DNA of 63,956 nucleotides, filler included, from Conidiobolus incongruus B7586 (lineage: Eukaryota), in the NCBI GenBank assembly GCA_000697335.1. It is 15 parts of 15 records of this genome, joined end to end, with 100 filler letters (N's around TTAATTAATTAA, not from the genome) between each part and the next. Parts side by side here need not be neighbours in the genome. Positions count along the whole stretch, not along the records: positions 1 to 21,875 come from JNEM01006803.1; positions 21,976 to 24,925 come from JNEM01006805.1; 13 more parts are not named here. One strand, written 5' to 3'. Position 1 is the stretch's first letter. Every line of letters starts with the position of its first letter. The notes below the pieces were generated by a model, which saw only the letters and a list, made by a program, of their open reading frames with translations, was not told the origin of the DNA and did no database searches. This document shows positions 13,434 to 25,025 of this stretch, one piece after another. Position numbers and translations under genes: made by a program.

Positions 13434-15734
13434 TCTTCCTCCTCACTATATTAATATATAATTAATCTTTTTGATAGAATAAAATTCATAATCTTTGGTC
13501 ATTTATTTTTGAAAAAAAGTATATTTTTTTTGAATTATACTCCATCATAATATGACGAGATGATTTCATTACGTATTCTTGAAGATATGAAGGTCTTAGG
13601 GTTTATTAAGGGTTTATGGATTAATTAATAACTTCATTCGATAATCAGGTAATTTGTAATCACTTGACAGTTACAATTTATTAAATTTTTAATAAACATA
13701 TAATAAAACTATAGCAAAATAATATATTACAATTTACTGAATACAATATAAAAGATATTAAATGTTTTATTATCACTCTTAGAATTTGAAATATACACCT
13801 TTTGATTAACAGATTTTCAATAAACTTTATCCTTTAAGGATCACTACCCCAAGGAGTTAAAAAATTTTCATTAAATCTATTTTGGTTAAATTTAATAAAA
13901 TTTGTGTTAATAGTTATTAAATACTAAATATAAAATATAATATATAAAAACAAAAGTTGATTAATATCCTTTTATAGATACTTTTAAAGATATCAATATA
14001 TAATCTATTTTTTAAAATAATTTATAAAATTAAATTTACTCTCTTAATTAAATTTATAAACTTAAATTTGTTACTTTAATTAAAAATATTTTTATTTAAA
14101 ATTATGATTACAAAAATTAATATCAATTTTTTTTACTATGATACTTAAATATATAACTAAATTAAATGTGTTTAATCAGTTTCTAAATATAACTCACTTG
14201 TAATAATATAATTTTCGTAATATATTTTCCTAAAAAAATTAGTGTTTGGCAAAATTTTACAGATTTTATTATTTAAATAATTGAAAGTTCGCTTTTTTAC
14301 AAGCATTTTGCGAGGTTCAGAAGGGCTGCGTCCCTTTGTTTGAGATCAAGTGTTCTAAATAATTAATCGTTAGTATTTTCGGATTAATTAGAATTTTAAT
14401 TTTTTTTAGCATCATGTATTCTTTTCACATTGGATTGGGAAATTTATCAATGTATCATCCATTGATTGTGTAAAAATTTTATAAAAATTAAATCCGACCG
14501 TTAACTACTAAAGTTTAACTCTCAATACTCCGATATTTCATATAATAAACTCCAAAGCTACAATCTTTGTATTCAACAATATTATAAATATCGACATTTA
14601 TAAATATAATTTTATATCCTCTGATTTTTTATATCAACATAGAGTTTAATAGAATGTTAAATAAATCATCAACTTAATTACAACACAATTCCACGTGGAA
14701 CTTGACTGAGAATTTTAAAATTTTTAATAAAATTAAATTAGGAAATTTTTATAAATTTAGAATAAAATAACTATAAAATTTGAATTAATATTATAATTAT
14801 TGAATTATATTATTTGGATATGCTCAATTTATAAGATTATACCAATATAATGATTTCATTTCTAAGTAATTCTATTTTTTATAATAATCCTGTAAATCTG
14901 AGAAATTAACTAAACTACTACCCGAATTGTAATACTATACTTTGACGAATTAAATCATATATATTCGTTTATAGTAAATTTTTGAAGCTATTGATGTTCA
15001 CAATTTACATTAATTATATATTTAACAGAACTAATTAAAATAATTGATGTTAAAAATTATGTCAATAGAGTTGTCTACTAGAATCTAGTCAAACTCTGTA
15101 GGTATATGATTATGGAAAACTATCACTATTAAAAGTAATTTTTTTTCAGCATTATTTTAATAGTCTGAAAACTTTTTCATTTTAGAAACCTAGTCAGTAA
15201 GTTATGTACTTTATTAAATAATATAATCATAAAAATTAGAATGAATATTTGCAACTATTAAAATAATTGATTCTATTTACCTTTCCCTGTCTTAATTTTT
15301 AACTTAATATTTATTCATAAATTATTCAAGTTATATTGATAAAGTGAACAAAATCTTTAAATGTGATCTTGAAACAGTTTAATAATTATATGTAAGAGGA
15401 ATTAGTATTTATATTTTTCTATTCAAACGCTTCTGCAATCTCGAAATCAACCTCAACTAATGTTATTCGAATGAATTTGAATTATATAGCATACCACCTA
15501 TCATTACAATTAATATTAAAATGATCAATTTTTAATCATCCTTTAAAATTAAATTTGTTTTTTGAACTAGAAATAAATTTCAAACTTTAACATAACTTAT
15601 AGTAAATAAAATATTAATTTAATTATTTTTAAATTATATTAGAACTAAAATTATTATAATAAAAAATATTGTTAATTTATTAATAATATCAAATTTATTA
15701 ATTTAAATCACAAAAAATATAATAAAAATGATAA

Positions 15735-17270
15735 TTATATTAAATATCTAAAACCGAGGGTATCCAACTGATCCCACTTATATTTATAAGTACTAAATGG
15801 ATCTTGCTCCATGGTGGAAGCATGCTGATTCCTTCTAGCTAGTATCAACTTGACAGCTGCTATCAAAAATATAGTAATCAAGAACATTACCAAGTAAAGG
15901 GGATAGAATGTGTTCACATCTTTGAAATCTGCTGGGAACCATGCGAATAAACTGAGAAAATTCATGAGATAGAATGCGATGCAAGTGAATGTTAGATAAA
16001 CAATTGTTTGATGATTGCCAAGGCTGTTGATGACTACAAAATTCATGAGGAGTGCTTTCGCAGCCCAGTTCGCACCGAATTGGATGATATTGATACCAAG
16101 GAGTATTTTATAGTTTTTCGTATTCAAAAATGCTACCAGGTGGAAGCTGACAAAACTGAGCAGTATTATAAGTAAAATGACAGTCATTCGCGAGTTGAAG
16201 TAACGTCCGATTGATGTTCCAATTAAAGAGAACACACCTAAGACGAAGCCAACAGCTATACATGGTCCAGACATAGCCGAACCTGAAATTCCCGAACTTG
16301 TCATGAATCCCCAATGCCAGAAGAATGCTACCTTGATGAGCCATTCAGCACAAAACACTAGCAAGAAGAAAGCATAGATTGGGAAATGTAAGAACTCTGA
16401 CATAATTTGTCTCAAGCTGAGAGGGAAATTAATGTTCAGACTAATAAAGTCGTGCTTTAGTTGTTGGGTCAATTTCTTGAGATTAATATGTGTCAATTGC
16501 TTCAATTGGTAAACACTTGTCGGTAGTTGGAAATGTGTGAGCAAGAGTGTAAATAGCTGTAAAAAGAACAAGATTAAATAGTTGACACGATATCCTTTCA
16601 AGTACTGGTTATCGTAATTTCTGCGACTAAGACCATATGTGATCAATGGAACAAATCCCAAAGTGAGAAACAAAGAAAAGCTCCAGATGAAGCTTAAGCG
16701 CATTTCAAGTGCTTGTTTCGGGTAAATTTTGGTGAGATAGAAAAAACTAAGTGGAATTTGAATGGAGTGTAGAAGTCCTAGTAAGCATACTACAACACCA
16801 AAATATCCTGTACTTATAGAAAATATTTGAATTAAAAGTAGACAAGAAGCCATTAAGTTAATAAATACTAAGTGAAGCTTGAAATTTCGCGAAATCCAAA
16901 GTACCCCGATAGTTAGCGGGAAGCAGCATATAAACATAGTTAAATAATATCCAATCCATATCCAGTTCAAATCGTTAACAGTCATACCAATATCTTGTAG
17001 AAGCCCCAGAGAGGCGTTAAAATATATCATATATTGAAATGCAAAGAACGTTACAAAGTTCATGAGTATTGAGGGTAATATTGTCCTGTCCAGCAATCCA
17101 TACTGATTGAAAGGATCTTGTAAAATTCTCAAACTAGAATCTGTGCCAGTTCCAGTATTAAATTGTAGGTCATAATTGATAGTATGATAAGATTTCAGCA
17201 TTTTATAATATAATACGATATGCCAATGAAAATAATTTTCAATAATCAATGAATGCTGAAAAAACAACAA
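15735..17270 (-). CDS. Divergent MFS transporter, Dal5/allantoate permease (ACS)-like; probable start at MLKSY (~17201)
   Basis: About 12 hydrophobic segments; LD..ILP, NA..GL..D.GM and C-terminal FRY motifs of fungal anion:cation symporters. Confidence 0.65.
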   Translation of the reverse strand: MLFFQHSLIIENYFHWHIVLYYKMLKSYHTINYDLQFNTGTGTDSSLRILQDPFNQYGLLDRTILPSILMNFVTFFAFQYMIYFNASLGLLQDIGMTVNDLNWIWIGYYLTMFICCFPLTIGVLWISRNFKLHLVFINLMASCLLLIQIFSISTGYFGVVVCLLGLLHSIQIPLSFFYLTKIYPKQALEMRLSFIWSFSLFLTLGFVPLITYGLSRRNYDNQYLKGYRVNYLILFFLQLFTLLLTHFQLPTSVYQLKQLTHINLKKLTQQLKHDFISLNINFPLSLRQIMSEFLHFPIYAFFLLVFCAEWLIKVAFFWHWGFMTSSGISGSAMSGPCIAVGFVLGVFSLIGTSIGRYFNSRMTVILLIILLSFVSFHLVAFLNTKNYKILLGINIIQFGANWAAKALLMNFVVINSLGNHQTIVYLTFTCIAFYLMNFLSLFAWFPADFKDVNTFYPLYLVMFLITIFLIAAVKLILARRNQHASTMEQDPFSTYKYKWDQLDTLGFRYLI

Positions 17271-18942
17271 GGAACAATTTACAATTGACGTTTTATCAAA
17301 AAGAAGTCAACTCAGTTTATTACTAATTTAAATATCATATCCTCACTAATTGAGACATAATGCATTAATTGATTATTAGCATGATAACCTATGCATAAAA
17401 GATGAAAATTTCAAAAAAAAATTACCAGTTTCATAAGAGCTTTGGGGATAAACTCCACTGAATATTGTTACTAAATATAATACTGATAATATTTGTATCC
17501 CTTCATTCCAATAACTTATCATCTCTAAGAAAATAAATAACCCTCTCCATAATAATACTAGTTGATAAATTTTTTAATCATATTCCGGAATCCAACGTTC
17601 TATACAGACTTGCATACTTTAATTAAATTGGTTTGACAATCATTTGATTTTAAAATTTATTCTTTCGCTAACTAAATATAATTATTAGATTCATAAGGTT
17701 TTGAAACTTTTTAAATTGGTAATTCAATTTTTTTCATTCATAATTTTCTATAATTAGAAGGAGTAATAATTGACATAAATTTGAATTTGTACAGTTTACA
17801 AATTTCAAAATAATATTTTTATAAAACTGTATAATATTATAGCCATTCAAATTTATGTATTAAATCTATTTTAAAAATAAAAATTACTGTTGAATCATTT
17901 GTCAAGTTTATCACTTTTTGATTTAATACTATTTTAACCAATGTTTCAATAGCGTTAATTGGATATTTTTGGAACTTTGAATATTTTATTTAAAAGATCT
18001 ATATTTAAATATTATTATCAAAAGTATATTTGAAATATTGATCTCAGTAATGTTTTTTAAATTGATTTATATATTTATATTGATGATTCATATAGTCAAT
18101 TTAATTTATTCACTTTTTAACAGATTGATTATAATATTTAAACTTAGAAATATCTATTTTAATTAAAATATATCATTGCAATTCAATATTTTGAATACTC
18201 GTTGTATAAGTAATATAAAGATTATACCAATTGAAACAAATTGATTAAGATCGACAAAATATATTATAAAGTATGTATTTATATCTAATAAAATGAGTTA
18301 CTATTGTTAATTGATATATAAACTTTATATTATAAATTATTGAATTCTTTTTTTATGATTTTTATCAAGTGTAGCTTGATAAGAATTGAATAGTTTGACT
18401 GCAATATTTAAACTAACATTTGAAATAACATAAATATCTGATTGATTTGTTAGATATATTGGATCATCATTTATATGTAGCTACTTAAATTCATAAATTA
18501 ATGCAGTTGTTATTATAGCATATTTATTTTATATTATACTTGAAATTATGTATTGATTGATTTAAATTGGTTCAATAAGAATTCAAAATAATATTTATAT
18601 TTACATATCAAATTATTAAATTATATTAGAATAATTTAATCAATATAATACTTGAATATATCATTTTTTATAATTTTTAATAATAATTAAATTTTAAAAT
18701 TTAATATATTGAATGAATTTTTTCTTAAAATTTAAATAATAAAATTTATAAATTATATTCCATAAGAATTTAAAAGAATGATATAATTGGAAATAAATCA
18801 AATATATTTAATTTTAATTTATCAATTAAATAAATTTATATCAAATATAATATTAATATTAATATATTAAAAGGACGAAATAAAATTATTAATCAAAATA
18901 AACATAATAATATTTATTTAATACAAAACCTACAAAATTTAT

Positions 18943-19770
18943 CTAAGAATTATTATTGTTATTAACATGATTGGATCCTCTACGATCTTTGAGACCGTAT
19001 TCTTTTAAGCTGGTTTCGATACTTGAGCTTACTCCATTAAAACTATTTAACAAAGGATCGTTGGCAGAATTAGCATTCTTAGCTTTGGAATTCTTATGTA
19101 ATCTGATCTGCTGTTTGATGAAACCCCTGAACCAAATGACGTGCATTGGGAAGAAAGCACTCACAATGACAACAGGTTTCCAGTCCCTTGTGAGAACGAA
19201 CCAGGATATGATGGAATAAAGGTGGTAAGCGATACGAGTTGTGAAGAAAACCGAGCCGAATAACCAATCCCTACGTAATGACTTATTCATCGATCCTAAG
19301 GCCAAAATAACTGTAGGAGCTTCCATGGGACACATAAGCGCGTAAAATTGATTGAAGCCCAATTTCGTAATAAGGATCAATGCAAAAATATATGCAATAT
19401 GGTGAATCCAACCGGTGACCAAATCCACATGATTTGGATAAAATAAAACACCCAAAACAAGATCCCAAAATAGTGTGGTTAAAAAGAAAGCTGTAAGAAA
19501 AACACTGAAAGTAGAAGGAGTTCTAAATCGGTCCAAGTTAAAGGGGTTTTGGACCAAGTCGTAAATAAAGAAAATAGAGCACAGGGTTAAAGTTGAACTA
19601 CTGATAAATGTGATAAACCAACTGAGCTGCTTTGGCGTTGCAAATAATTTGGAAAAATATACGGCGAAGAATACAATTAGGATGAAGATTGTGGTACCTA
19701 CCATAGTTTGTTGAAAAGGATATACTTTAAAGGTATCCAACCATGATATTGGATAAGTTATCTCTGACAT
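18943..19770 (-). CDS. TLC domain membrane protein, 275 aa (inverted paralog of 12630..13433)
   Basis: Shares TPKQLSWFITF, MCPMEAPTV, GSMNKSLRRDWLFG, PMHVIWFRGFI and NDPLLNSFNGV with the first copy. Confidence 0.85.
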   Translation of the reverse strand: MSEITYPISWLDTFKVYPFQQTMVGTTIFILIVFFAVYFSKLFATPKQLSWFITFISSSTLTLCSIFFIYDLVQNPFNLDRFRTPSTFSVFLTAFFLTTLFWDLVLGVLFYPNHVDLVTGWIHHIAYIFALILITKLGFNQFYALMCPMEAPTVILALGSMNKSLRRDWLFGSVFFTTRIAYHLYSIISWFVLTRDWKPVVIVSAFFPMHVIWFRGFIKQQIRLHKNSKAKNANSANDPLLNSFNGVSSSIETSLKEYGLKDRRGSNHVNNNNNS

Positions 19771-19993
19771 AGTTATCGTAATTAGTTATAAAATTATCTA
19801 TATTAGTTAACTATAAATTAGTAACTTTTATATTATATAAAAATTATTAATAAGTTATATTATTAAAATGAATTGGAAAAAGCGATATTCACCCTCACCT
19901 GAGTTACAATTAATAAAACGTTGGATTAAATATTGTGGGTTGTGATAAATTACCTATGATAAAATTATTCGATTTTCCCATATAAATTAACCC

Positions 19994-20020
19994 TTGCCAG
20001 TCACTTGTTACATGTGATAA
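19994..20020 (-). promoter_or_regulatory. Conserved upstream module TTATCACATG-N4-AAGTGACTGGCAA
   Basis: Reverse complement matches 12425-12451; lies about 224 bp upstream of the ATG at 19770. Confidence 0.65.
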
Positions 20021-21291
20021 AATCATATTCTTATATTTGCTCAATTATCCAACCCTTAACATTCAATAATCATATTGGAATATCTCAAATATTCATACAA
20101 AAAACTATTTTATTCCTCAGATTAGTAAATTGATGATTTTCAGGGTTGTGAATATTCATGATAATTAGTGAATTTTCCCAGTTCTAATTTGGATAAAGGT
20201 CTTTATATTAAAACAAGATTGATGTGTTTATCCAATTGGAATGTCCAGATTACTGTCCATTATTTTGAGTTTCAGCTTAAGAACAATATATAAAAGACAT
20301 TATTTAAGTTAATTCAAACTATAATTAAACGATCTATTAGTTTTATATAAATCAATATATTTATTAACTAAAAAATTTAAACAATTAACACATATCATAT
20401 CACAAAATATCATAAAATTTTATAAGAATCTTCAATACACGTTTTAAATCTTATCTGTTTAGGGTTAATCCTACTTATTTTATGGAATATGCAATTATTT
20501 ATCATAATTTTGATTTCATTAAACATATTACCAGTCTGTATTATGGGAGGATTAATGAATTTGTGAAAATATTTCCAATTTCAAAATTGATTAATATTTT
20601 GTCTGTTTATATATTTTAAAATAAAATATACGTGATCATTTTTAAAATAAGGAAAATTGTCAAATTGAAAATTGTATTGTAAAAACCTTAGTCAAATATA
20701 TAAATATCACTCTCACATATCAATCAATTTATAAATAAAAATTTTTAATTGACATTTATTTAATTTAAAAATTTACAAAATTTTATAGGAATTATAGTTT
20801 TTGAAAATTAATATGAATTGGCCACTGTTTTAGATTAAACACATAATGCTTGAATATATTTTGGTGTTAGAGAGATATCTTTTCTTAAAACCATTATCCT
20901 TAAATATATTTAATATAATACGATGTCTAATTTCAACATATACCAAATGTTATAAATAATAGCTTAATTTTTTAAGATACTTATCATTTAACCAAGGCGT
21001 TATTAATTAAAAAATGTTAGATTATGTTAAAAGGTATTTTAACAGAAATTTAATATATATAATTTTGATAATAATAACTCACCAAAAGAAAGGAAATGGA
21101 TTTATTATTCCCATTCATAATAGTACTATCAATTGATTATTTTATAACTTACTCCAATATATTCAAGATTTTTAATAGTATATAATTTTACTATTTATAA
21201 TCGTTTAAATATCAATTGTATCAATATTTAGTTAAATAATTCACATAATAATATTTTAATAATAAACTAATATAAAATAATAGTGAATATA

Positions 21292-21557
21292 TGTCACGTT
21301 TCTATCCAATTAGTCCATATATATTTACCTTTTACCTACAATTCAACTTCTATCCTGTTTTCCCTTAAATTTATCCATTTCTATTCGTATATACAAGAAG
21401 GAACTGTTATACTTTCTAGCAAAGGGAAATTAGGCCCAAGTCTTTGCAAATAACTTCCAATAAAATTCCATATTAACTATTTTGCAACATTATAAATTAC
21501 CAACACTCAAGCTTACTTTAATACAATTTTCCCAGTTTCCAACACTAGCATAATATA
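21292..21557 (+). mobile_element. Solo-LTR-like copy related to the Gypsy LTR at 60691-60749
   Basis: Starts TGTCAC; its 3' ~55 bp (acactcaagcttactttaatacaattttcccagtttccaacactagcataatata) aligns with the LTR end preceding the PBS at 60750. Terminal CA reads TA; no clear TSD. Confidence 0.65.
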
Positions 21558-21679
21558 ATAGGTAAAGTATGTTTTTAAATCTAATATATATTATATTGGA
21601 TATAATATATTTGAATGATTATAATATAAATAGTTTATATATTTATTTTGTAAAATTCAATGATTTTTTATTTATTTTA

Positions 21680-21875
21680 TATATAAACAAATATTTAGTC
21701 AGTTATAAGTTTAATTTATAAAGTTTAAATTATTATTATATTAAGTATTATTAATATTATCATAATATTTTTTAAATAATATATATATAATTTAATAAAA
21801 GAAAAAAAATTTAAGTAATTTTTGTTTTATATATCCTTTTAACTCTTAAACCCACAAATTTATGACTCACCTTAA
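21680..21875 (-). mobile_element. Tc1-like (subfamily B-related) 5' fragment
   Basis: Contains the inner repeat (rc GGTGAGTCATAAATTTGTGGGTTT) next to a gap. Confidence 0.5.
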
Positions 21876-21975
21876 NNNNNNNNNNNNNNNNNNNNNNNNN
21901 NNNNNNNNNNNNNNNNNNNTTAATTAATTAANNNNNNNNNNNNNNNNNNNNNNNNNNNNNNNNNNNNNNNNNNNN

Positions 21976-23032
21976 ACCATAAAATCTTTAAAGTTATTTA
22001 AAATTAATAAGCAGCTTTAAATAATAAAGTATTATTTAAATCAATAATTTATCACCAAGTAAGTTATTTTGAAGCTAAGAAAAAAAATTACTTAAAATTT
22101 ATTAAACTTTAAAAAATTAATTTCAACTGTAATTATATTAATTATTGATAAATTAAAAAAATTTATTGAAAAGAACCATTTTATCATAGTTGGAAAATTA
22201 TCAGAATACTTTTATATTAACTATATTATTATTTTATATATATCAAAGTTTAAATTAAAATTAATTAATAAAAATATATAATAAGTATCTTATAATTTAA
22301 CTAAAGCTTAAAAACAAGGTAAAGTAACTATTGTTAAATATAAATTACTAAGATAAAGTTACAAACCAAAGCTTTTATAATAAAATATTATAGTTAATAA
22401 ATTTTAAATTTTATTATATAATCCTTTACCAAAACATAAATTAAGTAACTAGATTAAATTAAATTAACCTTTTTGATAATTTTTTTAAATAAATACTTTA
22501 TTGATCAATAAATATTAATTATTACAATAGATTATATTATTATATATTATATTTATTTAATTCTTAAAAGAAAATCAATTAATAGTAAACTTTATATTTT
22601 TTTTAAATCAAATTATTTCTAATTGGTATTTATAATATAAATAAAGAAAATATATTATTTTACATAATAATTATAAAATATATTAATTTAAACTTATATA
22701 AAACTTTCTAATTAAAAATAAGTAAAAAAACTACTATATTTAGTATATTCTATAGATTATAACCTATATAGTTATGATTATTTTAAGTTATTAACAACTA
22801 GCTTATAAGAAAGAAAATTTTTATAAAAAAATTTAATTATTTTATAAAATATTAAGTTTTTAATAAAAAGAACTATTTTTTAATTATTAAATCTTTGTTA
22901 CAAATATAGCAAAAAGTTATTAAATATAAAAAAAATTAATAATTTTATATTATATATTTATTTTTACTATTTATTTATTAAATTGATTTTTTTAATCTAA
23001 AAAATTCCTATTATTTATTAAAAAATGGATAA
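21976..23032 (+). mobile_element. Mariner copy, heavily mutated
   Basis: Collinear with 25440-26507 (aaccataa...cttataatttaactaaagctt...cctttaccaaa...aaaaattcctattat). Confidence 0.75.
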
Positions 23033-23222
23033 ATAAAATCATATATTGAAAAATCTTTTAATTTTTTTAAATCTATATAATATTTTTAATAATTAATTTA
23101 TTTTGAAATATATTTTGAAAATTATTAATCAAAATTATTTAATATTTGATATATTTTTTTATTTAGTTTTAATATTTTATTTAAGTTTAATTATTTTAAT
23201 TATAATTAAACTATTATTTATA

Positions 23223-24795
23223 CACTGACCCACAAAAGTGAGTTATAAAATCAAAAATATACATATTTTAATTAATAACTAAAACAATTGTATATATTAG
23301 ATTACTTGAAATTATAATATATAATTAGGGTATATTATTTAATAATAAATAAATATATTTAGATCTATTTAGTAAACTATTGGCAAAAATATTAACCTTT
23401 AATATTTAACCAAGGTAAGTTATAAATTTACAGGTTTTTGAGATAAAAGGATATATTTAACAATATATAACCATATCTTTTTTCTCTCTTTGCTATTATT
23501 TTATATAATATTTTACAGATATACTAAATTTTTTTTATTAGTATTATTATACCTAAATCCCTCTCTAAAAAAATCTATTTGTGTATCAATCAACTTTATA
23601 AAGAAGGTAAATCAACTTGTAATATTGCTAGAATTACTACTGTTAGTTAGTTTACTATAGCTAAAGCTGTTAAGAATAGCAATAAAGAAACATTTAAACC
23701 TAAACTTAAGTGTGTTAGAATCATAGATGAACATGATGAGAAATATATCTGTAGGTTGGTTAATACAGGCAAGTGTAGTACTGCTATAGAAATATAGCAG
23801 GAATTGTGAAACTATACAAGAATATTAGTTAGCATTGATACTATTATATGTACTTTACATTAACATAGATACTACTCACACTTTAAGAAAAAACACCCCT
23901 AACTAAAGAAATCCCACTATAAAGCTAGGCAAGAGTTTAAATGTCACCACTAATATTAAATTGAAACAAATTAAAGTAAGGTTATTTAATCTAATGAAAC
24001 AAAAATATACTTTAGTGGATCTGATAGAAAAGTTAGATGCTTAAAAAAAGATACAGAACTACTTTATAACTATCATGTTAATTTTACTCAAAAGTATAGT
24101 GATGGGTTAATTATTGTTTGGGGATGTATGTTATCTTTAGGTGTAGGGTATCTTTGTAAAGTTAATAGGGGAATTAATGCTGAGATGTACTAAAGTATTC
24201 TAAACAATGAATTGAAAAAAACCATTGAATAGTATAGGTTAAACAAATCTAATGTTATTTTCCAGTAAGATAATGCCTCTTGTTATACTATAACTTCTAC
24301 TACTAAATAGCTTAAAAATAACAAGATAATAGTTATGAAATAACCTCCTCAATCTCTTAACTTTAATCTAATTAAACACCTTTGGGATCAGTTAAAAAAA
24401 GCTATTAAAGCTTTCCCCCTAGCAAAAAATTTAGATCAACTTTAGGAATATGTTCAAGAAGTATAGAATAAGATTAACCTTTCTTAGTGTAAGAAGTTAG
24501 TTGATTCTATACCCCACTAACTTAAAGAAGTTAGAAAAGCTAAAGATGGATACACTAGGTTTTAATTTTTTTTATCACCAAAATACTTACAAATTTATAA
24601 CTCACCTAAGGTAAAATTTAAGGGTTTATATTTTAACCAATTAATAGCTAAATATCATCATTTAATGATATATATAACTAATAAATATAATAGATTTTAA
24701 TTATTTAATTTAGGTTTATTTTATTAAATATTAATCAAGTTATTAGTAAAAATATAAGTGTTTTTGATTTTATAACTCACTTTTGTAGGTTAGTG
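23223..24795 (+). mobile_element. Tc1-like DD34E transposon subfamily A, full length (1573 bp), inactivated
   Basis: TA-flanked TIRs (cactgacccacaaaagtgagttataaaatcaaaaa / reverse complement). Disrupted transposase ~23548-24565 with WSDETK, WGCM, QQDNA and SPDLNPIEHLW remnants. Confidence 0.92.
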
Positions 24796-25025
24796 TATAT
24801 AGTATATTTTTATTTAATTTTTGATATAATAAAAATATTTAATATCTTTATATTTATTTATATAGTTTAGGATAAATTAATATATAATTCTTTAGCTAGG
24901 ATAAATATATATTATAATTAATATTNNNNNNNNNNNNNNNNNNNNNNNNNNNNNNNNNNNNNNNNNNNNTTAATTAATTAANNNNNNNNNNNNNNNNNNN
25001 NNNNNNNNNNNNNNNNNNNNNNNNN

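Noticed and set aside
14285..14395. GC-richer patch with AGATCAAGTGT (U2-like) and TTCGCTTTTTTAC (U5-loop-like)
   Set aside because: Lacks the U2 GTAGTA branch-pairing sequence and the exact U5 loop and stem; insufficient to call an snRNA.
23548..24565. Many in-frame TAA/TAG, suggesting a ciliate-like alternative genetic code
   Set aside because: Stop positions differ among copies and replace Trp as well as Gln codons; host genes end normally at TAA/TAG, so these are mutations.
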